Assembly: GCA_963779615.1 (NCBI GenBank) | Contig: CAVZZA010000001.1 | Span: forward strand, 608,001-672,000 | DNA: 64,000 nucleotides | Reading direction: 5' to 3' | Origin: an uncultured Nitrososphaeraceae archaeon | GTDB lineage: Archaea; Thermoproteota; Nitrososphaeria; Nitrososphaerales; Nitrososphaeraceae | Shown here: piece after piece, positions 9,878 to 21,393 of the stretch | Numbering within the stretch: the stretch's first letter is position 1 | Layout: each line of letters starts with the position of its first letter | Made by a program: the position numbers and the translations under genes | Notes under the pieces: model-generated | Told to the model about the DNA's origin: nothing | The model's database searches: none | Seen by the model: the letters and a program-made list of their open reading frames with translations, nothing else

Positions 9878-11584
9878 CTAATTGTTCTGGTCGTTCTGGT
9901 CTTCCTGGTCGTTCTGGTCTTCCTGGTCTTCTGGTCCTTTCACGTGGATTTCTCCAACCATGGAAGGATGGTAGACACAATAGTATGGGAAAGTGCCGGG
10001 TATGTCAAACACCAAGCTATAGTGCTGGCCCGTCAGAATCGCATTTGAGTCAAACAGGCTTCCCTCATCCGTATCTTCACCCGTTCCCGAAGTTACGGTA
10101 TGGGAGGCTATGTCCCCATTAAACCATGTAACCGTTTGCCCAACATCAATTTCAATTGGGTCTGGAGAATAGGAATTGCTGCCATCAATCCCTACAATTA
10201 TTGCCTTTGTGGAATTGGCCGGCGGTGCCATATTTGAAACATCGGTGATATTAGAAGAGACCGGTTTTTTTACCTCCGCTTTGGCTTGTGACTTTGGCAG
10301 GATTTTATAGAGATCCCCGTGATAGCCCAAAACATAAAGGTACCCGTCTGGGCCAACCTTCATATCGGTAATCCCACCAAACCCCTGGCCAAATATTATT
10401 GGCTGGTTCTCAGGGGGCGTGTCAGCCTGGTTGTCGGACAATGCCTCAAAGTCACCCACATAGGTGTTGTTGGTGATTTCAATGTCCTCCCTATCGTCAC
10501 TCAGGGTGAATCTGTACAGATACCCGTTGTTGATGTCACCTGTGAACATGTTGTTTTCATACTCTTTGCCAAGCTTGTCCGAGTTCAGGAACTTAACCGC
10601 GGTGGGACCGACTGTTGTTTTCCAAACGAATTTTGGGTCACTGTACTCACTATTTCCCAAGGTAACAAGATCGCTGTCTGAAAACCCGGTCTGCAAAAGG
10701 TCATCGTCGGCATATCCCTGAATCAGGGACCAACCGCCATTAAACCCCGGTTTGATCAGGTTAACTTCATCCCCCGTGTCGGGACCGTTCTCTGTGTCCC
10801 ACAGGTTTCCTGTTACCGGGTCAAAATCCATGCCAAAACTGTTGCGGATTCCTATCCCATAATACAGGCTCAACGGCAAATCCTCACCAAAAATCGGATC
10901 CCCTGGCACAACCTTGCCATCCTGGGTCATTCTCAGCACTCCACCCACACCGTTGGCCTCAGGCCCTGTGGCATTGTTTTGGGTGATGGTCCTATGTCCA
11001 CCAACCTCGCCAACAATCACATACACATTGTTATCGGGCCCTATCACAACCTTACCACCATTGTGTTCCGCCCTGCCATTAACTGGAATTGCGGTTAAAT
11101 CCAAAAGAAGCACAGGGTTAAACAGCTGTCCATCCTTGTACTCATATCTGTACAGCCTGTTGCCCAATGGATCAATGTTGGTTGTTGCAGGGGAATCACT
11201 CCCATCCAGATTGTTTCCAGACTCGGTATAATACAGAAAAACATAGGTTTTGCCAGTATCGTTGTGCTTGGATACGGCCATGCCAAGCAATCCCCGCTCA
11301 ATCTGGTTAGCCACAGCAAGATCAAGCACAGGTATGTTTCTTTGAATGTCACCGTTAAATATCCTATAAACGATGCCAGTGTTTTTTTCTGTCACAAGAA
11401 TGTCATTGGGACCTACAAAAGCCATACTTGTTGGGGCCTTTAATCCTCCTGCTATTTTCACAACTGCGAGGTTTGGGTCATTGACCGAAGGGCCAGTGGG
11501 TAATGCTGGCGCTTTTACATAAGCACCAAATGAAAAATATACGGGTAAAACAACCGACATTGATAGTACACCAAAAAAGAACAT
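9878..11584 (-). CDS. PQQ-dependent sugar/aldose dehydrogenase-like propeller fused to a C-terminal type-1 copper cupredoxin
   Basis: ERGLLG, HNGG, GIRNSFG, ENGP..GDEVN motifs; C-terminal SHTVT...YYCVYHPSMVG. Confidence 0.88.
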   Translation of the reverse strand: MFFFGVLSMSVVLPVYFSFGAYVKAPALPTGPSVNDPNLAVVKIAGGLKAPTSMAFVGPNDILVTEKNTGIVYRIFNGDIQRNIPVLDLAVANQIERGLLGMAVSKHNDTGKTYVFLYYTESGNNLDGSDSPATTNIDPLGNRLYRYEYKDGQLFNPVLLLDLTAIPVNGRAEHNGGKVVIGPDNNVYVIVGEVGGHRTITQNNATGPEANGVGGVLRMTQDGKVVPGDPIFGEDLPLSLYYGIGIRNSFGMDFDPVTGNLWDTENGPDTGDEVNLIKPGFNGGWSLIQGYADDDLLQTGFSDSDLVTLGNSEYSDPKFVWKTTVGPTAVKFLNSDKLGKEYENNMFTGDINNGYLYRFTLSDDREDIEITNNTYVGDFEALSDNQADTPPENQPIIFGQGFGGITDMKVGPDGYLYVLGYHGDLYKILPKSQAKAEVKKPVSSNITDVSNMAPPANSTKAIIVGIDGSNSYSPDPIEIDVGQTVTWFNGDIASHTVTSGTGEDTDEGSLFDSNAILTGQHYSLVFDIPGTFPYYCVYHPSMVGEIHVKGPEDQEDQNDQEDQNDQNN

Positions 11585-11694
11585 AACAAAGGTTAATGAA
11601 ATTTTTATATAGAACGCCTCTCAAAATACTAAAATAATATTCTATAACCTTTAATAAAATAAATAAAAAATTGGTACATGCCAGTTTTGTCTAA

Positions 11695-12501
11695 TTATTT
11701 GTAAGGCAGTGATTCAAGTATTGGGAAAAGCTTTGGGATTGCTTGGCCAATTGGTGCTGAGGTTGAGTAAATAATCAAAGAGTTAGGTCCATTGATATCT
11801 TTTTGCACCGTTTTATCAACGAAATCATATGATGAGAGAACATTAAACCCTGCTTTTGCAAAGTCTGACTTGTATTTTTCAAGCGATGGGGTGGGAACAA
11901 AGAGGCCTCCCACCACCAAATTCCCTGCGGATTTTACATTGTTGGATACTGTTATTGTGCCTTTCATGTCAGGGTATTTTTCATCTTTCACATCATATTT
12001 TCCTGCAGGCAATACCTTGGCGTCAGAACCACCAGGATGCTCCACAGGAGTTGTTTGCCATGCAACAGTGCCACTGCTTGAATCTGTTACTGTTCCTACA
12101 TGGACATGCCCAGGATCGCCATGAACATAGGCTATTGACGCGCCAGATGGAACCACAAGATTGCTTGGCACATAAGACGGGTTCTTTAAGCTGATTGTCT
12201 TTTGGTCAACTAGTGGATGATGGCCTTCATCAGGAATTGAAATGATGGCACCACTTACAGTTGATGGTAATGCCATTGTTCCTGTTTCATAGACTGATTG
12301 TGCAGACGGGATTCCACCACCATTATTATTATTGTTAGGACCATTGGTGTTTATTCCCTGTGCATTTACATTAGCGAAACCATTCGACACTATCAACAGG
12401 GCAACAGCCAAGATAGCAATAAACAAAGAAGGAATAATCGTTTTAATTTTCAAATTTATCACATCCATGTCCCATTTTAACCTAAATTGACAGTGATGCA
12501 T
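11695..12501 (-). CDS. Secreted cupredoxin-like protein, IPxEGHH family (paralogue 2)
   Basis: IISIPDEGHH, GDPGHVH, MKGTITV, VGGLFVPT, C-terminal LPYK; true start probably downstream of the ORF-track start. Confidence 0.8.
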   Translation of the reverse strand: MHHCQFRLKWDMDVINLKIKTIIPSLFIAILAVALLIVSNGFANVNAQGINTNGPNNNNNGGGIPSAQSVYETGTMALPSTVSGAIISIPDEGHHPLVDQKTISLKNPSYVPSNLVVPSGASIAYVHGDPGHVHVGTVTDSSSGTVAWQTTPVEHPGGSDAKVLPAGKYDVKDEKYPDMKGTITVSNNVKSAGNLVVGGLFVPTPSLEKYKSDFAKAGFNVLSSYDFVDKTVQKDINGPNSLIIYSTSAPIGQAIPKLFPILESLPYK

Positions 12502-13001
12502 TTCCGAATAAAAGGAGTAACATTAGCATATTTTGATAGTGTTTGCTCGTCATTGTTTTTATGCTTTTGAGTTTTTTTAATTTTTGGAATGTAGTCGTAG
12601 TGTTTGTTTTTGCATCCATAGATTTTTTATAATGGCTCGCATATTAAGTAATTTGGTACAAGTGACTAAACAACAGCAACAATTTATTGCAAACAATATA
12701 ATTTCATTTAGATGCTTGTACTATCATAAATCAGCATCAAACTGCATTCTTTATAGCAAACTGTTTGGTAATAAGGATTTATTATATTTAAGTAAAAATA
12801 TGAGAGAAATTTCCTTCGGTTCACGCAGCCAACATCCGAATTACAAATTTAATGACCTTTTATAGTACATTGAATGATAAAGTTTTAGTACACAAATTAA
12901 CCCTTCAATATTGGTGAACTAGGGCTATCTCTTTCCATAAAATTCTAATACGCGCAGAGATATTGAATACTGCATAGATTTTGTAGATTGGGGTTTGTTA
13001 T

Positions 13002-13562
13002 ATGAAGAACTTTGGCGACCAGGATGAAAATTCAAATAGAATATTGCTTCATATAAAAGAAAATCCAGGGTGTTACCTTCGTCAAATAAAAAATGACTTG
13101 CACCTGTCGATGGGATCCATACAATACCACTTAAATAAATTAGAAAACGGAGGAAGGATTACCTCCCAAAGAAGCGGTCTTCATAAACATTACTTTCCTA
13201 TCGGGGTTTTTAATGATAATGAAAAAGAAATAATGAGATTTTTAACTCTGGAAACCTCAAGGGAAATAATAATGTTTATAACAGAGCAAGGCAACCCTAC
13301 ACAGACTGACATTGTAAAAAAAATTGATATCTCGTCATCTTCCATAAATTGGCATTTACAAAGAATGTTAAATTCAAAGTTAATTGAAGAGATAAAAGAC
13401 GGAAAATTCAAACGATATGTCTTGAACTCTGAAGTAAGTTCAACGTATATTGGTAAACTACTAAAAAATTATTACCCCAGTATTTGGGACAAATGGAGCA
13501 CCAGGTTGGCTGAAATGTTTTTAAACATCTCCTCTATTGATGATACAAAAGAGAAATATTAA
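13002..13562 (+). CDS. Double winged-helix transcriptional regulator
   Basis: IKENPG..LRQIKNDLHLSMGSIQYHLNKL and second HTH TQTDIVKKIDISSSSINWHL. Confidence 0.85.
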   Translation: MKNFGDQDENSNRILLHIKENPGCYLRQIKNDLHLSMGSIQYHLNKLENGGRITSQRSGLHKHYFPIGVFNDNEKEIMRFLTLETSREIIMFITEQGNPTQTDIVKKIDISSSSINWHLQRMLNSKLIEEIKDGKFKRYVLNSEVSSTYIGKLLKNYYPSIWDKWSTRLAEMFLNISSIDDTKEKY

Positions 13563-13922
13563 ATGATGTTTTATTATTTATCACAAATGTTATTTATTGG
13601 ATTTTCTCAACTAAACCTCTTATCCATCTTTTCGATAGAAATTGAACCAATTGGGGTAACACAAAAATTAATTTATGTTCTCATTGGAATATTTTCTATA
13701 TTGCTGCTGCTGCTGTCTATTTCATCCTACAAAAAAACAGGCTTGAGAAGCATTTTGTATGCAGCAGGTGCGTTTGGATTGTTCTCCATTAGCATATTCA
13801 TAGAAGCGATAGAGGAGAATTTCAATATCTTGGGCTCCATTTTACTCGATTTTCTTGGTGCCTTAATAACTCTTGTAATTTTGATTCTTTTCTTTTTAGC
13901 TATTGTAAAAAAGAACAAATGA
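13563..13922 (+). CDS. Small membrane protein coupled to the wHTH gene
   Basis: TM helices, SSYKKTGLRSILYAAGAFGLF; abuts the regulator stop codon; similar to 6441-6713. Confidence 0.75.
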   Translation: MMFYYLSQMLFIGFSQLNLLSIFSIEIEPIGVTQKLIYVLIGIFSILLLLLSISSYKKTGLRSILYAAGAFGLFSISIFIEAIEENFNILGSILLDFLGALITLVILILFFLAIVKKNK

Positions 13923-14391
13923 TTTTGTTATTTTTTTGGTTATGTGTTACGCAATTAATATACTGGTTAGATGGTATGGATGGAAATTCAGTAAGGCTGT
14001 GAAGTATATTTTTTAAATATGGGGGGATTTCTATTTTCTTTGCATTAGTGGCTGCTTTCTATTTCTTTGAGTTCTTTTTGATAACATGTACAACATCCAT
14101 GGAGAAAATACATGGTTAAAATGGGGGCTTACCATTGTAAAAATTATCCCGTTTATTTTTTGCTGAATCCAGTGCAAAATATGCCGGAAAAAAAATAATT
14201 TAGTAAAAGAAGGATAATCCAAAATGATTGGGTCATACCAAATGTTATCCAATCTTTTTGATTTTAAATTAGCTAATGCCTAAGTGAGTGGTGTTTTTTT
14301 AATTTCAACCGGAATTGCTTGTTTTTCTCTTCTTCGTTTTTGTTTCAAAATGTTGTGCGATTTTACACATTATTTTTTATTTGTTTGTTCT

Positions 14392-14697
14392 TTATTCCGA
14401 TTTACTGTCGCCCCCACCCTTAGGAATAACGCTGCTACCGCTTGATCCTGTGCTTGCGGATGAGCTATAAGCTTTGCCATTACACTGTTTAATTTCTTGT
14501 TCTGTCGCATAACCTTTTGTCCCCTCTCCCTTAGCAAGGCACATTTGAAAATCTTTATAGTTAGCCTTGGCGGCGCTAGTGCTTGCCTTATCCGTGCTAG
14601 TTCTCGCTGATAAAGGGTTCACAAGAGCACTTGAGGAAACAAATATGGCTATTATGAAAATTATGCCAGCGACCGATACTGTTTCTTTTGGAGCCAT
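14392..14697 (-). CDS. Small secreted protein with two Cys
   Basis: Signal peptide, FQMCL...IKQC, Ser/Gly tail. Confidence 0.65.
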   Translation of the reverse strand: MAPKETVSVAGIIFIIAIFVSSSALVNPLSARTSTDKASTSAAKANYKDFQMCLAKGEGTKGYATEQEIKQCNGKAYSSSASTGSSGSSVIPKGGGDSKSE

Positions 14698-15355
14698 CAG
14701 AAAGAATATAAATAATTGCCTAATAAGTAATCTGATACAAGTGACTAATTATTGGTAAAATTTTATTGCCATTAATCAGTTTTCATTTAGGTGATTGTAC
14801 TATTGCCAATAGGTGTATGTTAAATGTATTGTTGCTATTTGTTATAATTATTTTAAACATTAAACCAAAAATACTTCAACAGTTTATAGTGAATGTGTTA
14901 ATTTACTTGAGTGGTAACAACGGGAGGCTGCAACCTCGGTGAACATGAAAGATAATATGCAAAGGCAAAGGCATCCAAACATTTCGCCAACATGAACAAT
15001 TTGGCGCTGTTCTTCAACTGACAATGCTTAATTATCCGTGTAGTATATTTGTTCGTTTGGTATGCATCTAAAACAATGCGTGAATTGGTTTGATAAAACA
15101 ATACAGTCTTTTGGAAAATCCCAAGCCCTTTATATAAACACAATTCATGGTCATTGTGTTCCAAAGATGTTCTTTTACGGGTTCATGATGGATAGACCGT
15201 CTTCATCTATATCTTTTTTTGCAAAGTTGGCAGCCCCAACTTTTCTGATAATACAAGTATACAAATGAAACGAAATTATTTAGCAAAAAATTTTTGCTGT
15301 TGTTTAGTCACTTGTATCAGATTACTTAATTATGTGGAGGGGCTAAAAATTTAGT

Positions 15356-15586
15356 ATGCCTCTACAAACGGTTAAGGAAACAGATGAGGAAAAATTAGAA
15401 ACACTAAAGTATAATTTGGAATGGCTTTATAAAAACTATGAATACTTTGAAAAATATCACAAGAATCAATTTGTTGCAATTAAGGACAAAAGCTTTTTGG
15501 ATAAAGACTCTGAACTTGAGAGACTGGTAAAAAGGCTAAAGATAAAAAATCTCGATGACTCAATTGCAATAGAGTTTATCTACTGA
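15356..15586 (+). CDS. Small DUF5678-like protein
   Basis: NLEWL..NYE...KY.NQFVAIKD pattern. Confidence 0.65.
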   Translation: MPLQTVKETDEEKLETLKYNLEWLYKNYEYFEKYHKNQFVAIKDKSFLDKDSELERLVKRLKIKNLDDSIAIEFIY

Positions 15587-15892
15587 ATAAAATAAACTCG
15601 CTTACAGAACTTATCTTTCAGATCAATTGATCGCGCTTAAATTGAAATCAAACACCAATAAAATATATGAAGTTATGTTATATGGTATCTTCTTTTGATA
15701 TAAAAGAAAGGTATTCTTCATCCTTATTAGGATAAACAATATTTTTGAATCAATATCCTCTTTGCTATCATATTCTGATATTGGCCTTGTATGATAAATT
15801 TTTGTTGACTCATACCTTTAGAATAACCTAGTCAACAAAGCATAGCAGATCAAATGAGAATGATTTCACATACCCTTAGCATTGGCAATCAT

Positions 15893-16558
15893 GGCTCTGT
15901 TCACTTAACGATAAACCTATAGATAGAAGATTCCCTATTACTGTTGTGATTACCAGAAACAGGACACCTTCAAAGCATGCGTGCTATGGTCTGTATCTAT
16001 ACTTTTCAGGCCTGTCGCTGAGGAGAACGTCTGAAGGATTATGCTATTTTTTCAAGAGAAACCATGTCTCAGTCTAGAACCGGATACAAAAACACAAGTC
16101 TCAAAGGATATCCCACAGCAGAAGAAAGGTTGCAGAGCATGTTGCTGATGAGACCCTAGTCAAAGTTGGCGCAGAATGCATTTGGCTATGGGATGCGATA
16201 GGGCCAAAAGACAGGGAAATTCTCGCACTAACCATATCCAAAGAAAGAAACGTGTTTGTTGCGGCGCGATTCATTCCAGGTTTAGCTCATATTTATGGAG
16301 GGCGCTCGGTATCAACAGGTGGAGGAACCTGGTACCCACAGGCGTGCAGATTCCTCAGAATAAAGCACCATATCCATTCCCCATTGGAGAAAAGCCCGAT
16401 GGAAAGAGCAATGCAGTGCATCGAGGACAGAACCGAAAGTTTCGATGATTATTTTCCATGAGGAAAAATGGGTGTAAACTAAGGCATGTAAAGAATTGGA
16501 TGCGTTTTTTTGTAGACCACCACAATAATGAGTCATAATCAGTTAAATAAACAGAGCC
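15893..16558 (+). mobile_element. IS6-family element with degraded transposase
   Basis: TIRs GGCTCTGTTCACTTAAC / GTTAAATAAACAGAGCC; 7/8 target duplication GCAATCAT/ACAATCAT; fragments DETLVKVG, ERNVFVA, GGTWYPQAC, ERAMQCIEDRTESFDDYFP. Confidence 0.9.
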
Positions 16559-16632
16559 ACAATCATATATTGTATGTTTTATATCTATAGTGACTTTCAA
16601 AAATAGTCTAAACTGATAGTAAATTGTGAAAT

Positions 16633-17139
16633 TTAAAAAGGATTTTTAAATAAATTCGCCAAGAAATTATCATTAGGTGATGGTGGTTGTTTAGTCTGTA
16701 GGAATGCTATGTTAAAATAACTTACAGCAAAAGCGGATTCGTTTCTATACAGTTGCATTATGATTTTGTACTCACCATAATCAGGAAACATGTATTCTAC
16801 AGAAATTTTGCCATTTGATACGGGCATGTATTGATTATTAAACTTAAACAACCTGCCAGAGTTATCAGTTATGGTAACTCTTGAATTAAGGTCTTCAATG
16901 AATTTGGAATCATTCAGTTTTCTTATTTCAAATGAAATTTTGGTTTTTTCATCAATGATTGGAATCTTTGGCATGATCTTCATTGTGATGTTCAAATTGT
17001 CCCGTTTGCTTATCCAAGTGCTATTGCCAATAACATTGGTAACCTCCTTTTGTGAAAAAACTGGAAATGGGTATTTAATAAGGTTAATTATTAGAAAAAA
17101 TAAAGCAATTGTTATTATTATCTTAAAGTGTTTCTGCAT
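16633..17139 (-). CDS. Secreted beta-sandwich (YtkA/FixH-like) hypothetical protein
   Basis: Signal peptide; NG..SVEYMFPDYGEYKI pattern shared with 46775-47467. Confidence 0.6.
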   Translation of the reverse strand: MQKHFKIIITIALFFLIINLIKYPFPVFSQKEVTNVIGNSTWISKRDNLNITMKIMPKIPIIDEKTKISFEIRKLNDSKFIEDLNSRVTITDNSGRLFKFNNQYMPVSNGKISVEYMFPDYGEYKIIMQLYRNESAFAVSYFNIAFLQTKQPPSPNDNFLANLFKNPF

Positions 17140-17550
17140 CTAAATAATTCAACATATCCAAAATATATATTGATATTGATAACACATTGCAAAAAATTAA
17201 AAAATTTCTAAACCATTTGATAACCAAAAGTTAAAACGCGTAGGTAATTAAATAGGTGACTTGTAAACAGGAATTCATGTGTATTAGTATTAGTGGCATA
17301 ACAACTAGGTGATATTACAAAAATAACAAAAGCAAACACGAAAAGTAATTAAGTGCGAACAACCATGCCTATGCCAATAACCCATCAATTGGTTTAAAGG
17401 ATGGGGGTGGATTAAAATGGAGAATAGAGGTTGATGGTAACGAATTGGCAATAATGATAAACTGTGGAAAAGTCGTTAATTAAATAATATGTCATATACG
17501 ATAATCTTTTCTTCCGTCAAAACGCTTTGTATATTGGATTTAGTTTGACT

Positions 17551-18378
17551 ATGCATAGTCAACAATTGGTAAAATCCGAATTTTTGTAAACCGTGAAAGC
17601 GGTTATAAAAAAAGACGATTGATATAATTTTTTCTATTGGATTATGTGCTACCAATGATAATACACAGACTATCGGCAATAATGTTAACTGTAACTACTG
17701 CATATTGATGCTAAGACAATACATCAACAAAAGTCAGTCGTATTGGGTACTGACACACGCCATTTTGTAGTTTTACTGACCAATGAAGGCCATGTGTCCA
17801 TCAACCAACCAACCAACCAACCAACCAATATCCGCTTGCCGACCAAGACTGCATCCCACAAGATATCGAAGTTGATAGAGGGACATCGGTGGCCTGGCTT
17901 AGTGGAGATGCTGACCGTGACCGTACGGTCAGGTTCCACACACCCAATCCTGAAACCTTCGGGCCACCAATGAGTTTCCATATCTAGGTTACATCACTGT
18001 ACCCTTTAACCTACCATGGAAATACTCATATTTTGAGGACAAAGTAAACAATCACGAAACATCTTTTGTGATGAGGGGAACTGTTACCGTAGTGGATTCA
18101 AACCAAAAAACTACAGTTAGCAGTAGCATAGGCATACAGCCTCTAAATACCTCAGGAATCTTAATGGTGTCCTCAAAAGACCTTCAAGCCCATATTGCTA
18201 CGTTAAAAAATAATGGGATTACAATACCAAGCGACTGCGCATTTACAGATTTAAGAGGCGGATAAAAGGGAACAGGGAAAACACAGGCAATATTTTTGTG
18301 GGGTCCTGAAAAAAATAACGTTGACCAAGTCCTATTGCCAATGATAGTTGGTGCAAAAGGTTTGCCCATATTTAAATA
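17551..18378 (+). pseudogene. Degraded IPxEGHH-family cupredoxin (paralogue 3)
   Basis: IDAKTI..KSVVLG...FVVLLTNEGH, FVMRGTVTV, GILMV, FTDLRGG*KGTG; stops, frameshifts and an (AACC)n run at about 17802-17829. Confidence 0.8.
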
Positions 18379-18457
18379 AATAGTACTTTTTTTAATTACA
18401 TATTTTTATTGTAGTTAATGGATTGGATTAAATGTAAATATTTCACATCATAAAAAA

Positions 18458-19165
18458 ATGATAATGAAATCGATTGTAAGTATATTGTTATTTTTGTTGG
18501 TATTTGCGGGCCTACAGCCGCATGGTTTGCTGTCTGCATTTAACTGTTTTTTTCCTATAGTTTACGCTCACATTTTTATTTCTAAAGATGACAACTCTTC
18601 ATTTCTAACATTGCTTGAAAGAATAAGGATTGAAGCTTTATTGGTGAACAATACGATATTTACAAACACTACTGCTGCACAGCAGCATATATTTCAGTTG
18701 CTTGATCGTATAGATGATATTGGCGACAGTGAAAATGAATTCAATATTAAAAGCATTCAATTTAAAAATTCCACAGTTGATGCATTGTTGTTGGCAAACC
18801 TTGTGGATGGAGTATTAACAAATTATGGTGGTTCATATGGAATGTTGCCCAATATTATGATAAATATGTCATACATTGCTCCTGATTTATACAATAAAAC
18901 AACTAAAAGCTCATCTATGATGGATATGGGTAAGTATCAGACATCAAAGGAGTATGTTAAAAGAGCGAATGACCTATTTAACATTTCATTAAGAACCTTT
19001 GAAAACAAAGATAACGAATACGCCATGAATAAACTTGGCGAAGGTTTAGCAGATTTAAAAGATTATATATATAATAAAGCTGCCCCGATAAAAGTTATGG
19101 AAATTGTACATATGCAAATACATCCCAATTTGCAAACAGCATTTAATTTAAAACTAAAACAATGA
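18458..19165 (+). CDS. Secreted helical protein with predicted mature N-terminal His and C-terminal HxxxH (paralogue A)
   Basis: IVYA|HIF; MEIVHMQIHPNLQTAFNLK; aligns by eye with 34640 and 47507. Confidence 0.75.
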   Translation: MIMKSIVSILLFLLVFAGLQPHGLLSAFNCFFPIVYAHIFISKDDNSSFLTLLERIRIEALLVNNTIFTNTTAAQQHIFQLLDRIDDIGDSENEFNIKSIQFKNSTVDALLLANLVDGVLTNYGGSYGMLPNIMINMSYIAPDLYNKTTKSSSMMDMGKYQTSKEYVKRANDLFNISLRTFENKDNEYAMNKLGEGLADLKDYIYNKAAPIKVMEIVHMQIHPNLQTAFNLKLKQ

Positions 19166-19498
19166 AATTAGTTTTTGTGCTGTGTTGCATTACCTCATCT
19201 GTATATCTTGGAATTAAACCATTAATCATTTGTGGCATATTAGCCTAGCCTTCTTATTACAGATCCCTTGTAGATGGGCAAAATCCTTTTCTTCTTCTTT
19301 TATTGTCCATTCTATGTCCTGCCTATTAGGTAGGAGAAACCTTTCCAATCTTTTTTGATACTTTTCTCGGGTTATCGTAGACTTTGCAAATAAATACAGC
19401 GGCCAGACATTAAGATCGGTGTTATCATTATGTTTTTTTTATTACCATTTTTCTCTACACATTGTTTTCGTAGAAACCACTTAAGGAACCGGTGTGGT

Positions 19499-19530
19499 AG
19501 CGGGCCTGGTGGGAAGTGATTCAAAATTGA
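19499..19530. repeat. att-like copy of the tRNA-Lys 3' end with GTGATTCAAAA junction
   Basis: AGCGGGCCTGGTGGGA versus tRNA AGCGGGCCCGGTGGGA (40005-40020). Confidence 0.7.
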
Positions 19531-19963
19531 AAAGCACAAAATATTCATGATGTTAGGAGACCGAATGACATTAGGGATAACTTTCATTTTTATCACCATT
19601 CACTCTTTTATTGTCTCTTTAGCAATCTTGTAATTGACTTTTTGGTTCAGGTACAATTCATACAAATCGTTCACTCTTACTTTTGCGTATTTGCTAGTTT
19701 TGATTAGTGGTACTTTTATGATTAAAGGGATCTTTAGCAGTATTTATGTTTTTGAACGCTACTGGAAAGATTAGATATATGGATAAAATGAAAAGTTGGT
19801 TCAACTTAAAACAGTCTTAGATATTTAATTAGTTCGTATCAACTCATAATAGTCGGATAGTTTGCCAATGCCTGAACATTGACATAGATGCTTTACAGAT
19901 CCATAAGATATTTGATTAATCAACTTTCACATAAAAGAAAGACCTTTCTATTACCTCTACTTT

Positions 19964-21393
19964 GTGTATAGAAGATTATCTATGCGAAACGAGAATAAGG
20001 TGGTTAAAAATGTAATCTATGGAATATCAGGTTTGACTTTACTCCTTTTGATAATATCTTTGGGAGCACAAACACCTTCTAGTGCTCAGCTTCCACCTGA
20101 TGTGGATGGGAACAAAACAACAATACAACTAGCTTTGAAAACAGAATACATCAGGGCGAGAATTATGTAAAACTTTTAGCACAAGATATAGAGAACAGAC
20201 TCAAAAAAGTTGCGGCAATACTTGAACTCACAAGCATGTTACCAGAAGTAAAAAACACCTCCTCTGCGCATATGCTTAACGATACCATAGAACAGCTAAA
20301 AGGAATGCCTCAAAATGCAGATATTCCTAAAAGACAGGTGGCCAAAGATATTTTAGGAAAATATGGCGAGTTTCAGGTGGTGTTCTTTGTGATGCCAAAT
20401 GGTGACATGTATATTGAGGAGCCATATTCTTATCAAGAGAATCTCTCTAAAACTAATTTTGCATTCAGGGATTACTACAAAGGTGCGATAAATAATCATG
20501 ATACTTTCTTAGGTAATGTAATAGTGTCTGCTTCCTCTGGCCAGAATCAGGCTGTGATAGCGGTGCCAATCTATTCAGGGGCAAATGGATCATTAACAGG
20601 AATATGGGCTGGTGGCTTGGATTTGAATGATTTTAACGAGAGCCTTCAATTATTGAACCTGTCTAACAATGAACGCATAGTATACGTGGATAATCTTGGT
20701 CAGGTGGTTGCAGACTCAGACAAACAATTATCATACCAAAACGAATCATTTGCCAATCTTCAAGGATTCAAAAATGCCGTTAATGGAAAGTCAGGGACCA
20801 TTAAAGAAATAGTTAACGGCACAGAAATGCTTGTCTCCTACTATCCAATCAAAGCCCTTTCAAGCAATTGGGCAGTTTTGTTAATTCAGCCTTATCATGG
20901 CAATTCCGTTAGCTCATCCAGCACTTATGCATTAACTAATAACGGTATAATGAAAAACGAAATGCAAGAATTGCTGTTACAAAATACATCAAAGTCAAAA
21001 CCTGCTCCTGTTAGACATCCCGGACAACCATCTCATGAAGTCGTATTTGCTCTTCCATTAAGAGAAGACGGAAATGTGTATTCAGGAACAGTGACATTCA
21101 CTGCAAGTAAACCAATAGAGGTAGAAGTACTTCACACTTATTCTCCAAAGGAGAAGCCAGATTCATTACATGGTGAGCCATACCATGCTGTATTGCCAGG
21201 CAATAAAAGTATCGCTATTACTCATCTAAGAGATATAGTTGATGTACCAATAGAGATTAACGGTACCGGAATAAGCTCTGGTTCATTTGATTTTGTAGGA
21301 AATGCACTCGTGTTTCATAAAACAACTGGTGAACCATTTACAGTGACATACACTGTTGATGCCGTTGTCAAGGACTTGAATACAAATAACTAG
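19964..21393 (+). CDS. Secreted dCache-domain protein with C-terminal His-rich domain; frameshift near 20130-20165
   Basis: Signal peptide in 19964-20170; second frame open from about 20135; NFAFRDYY, AVIAVPI, YVDNLGQVVADS (dCache); C-terminal HPGQPSHEVVFALPLREDG..FTASKPIEVEVLH..GNALVFH. Confidence 0.75.
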
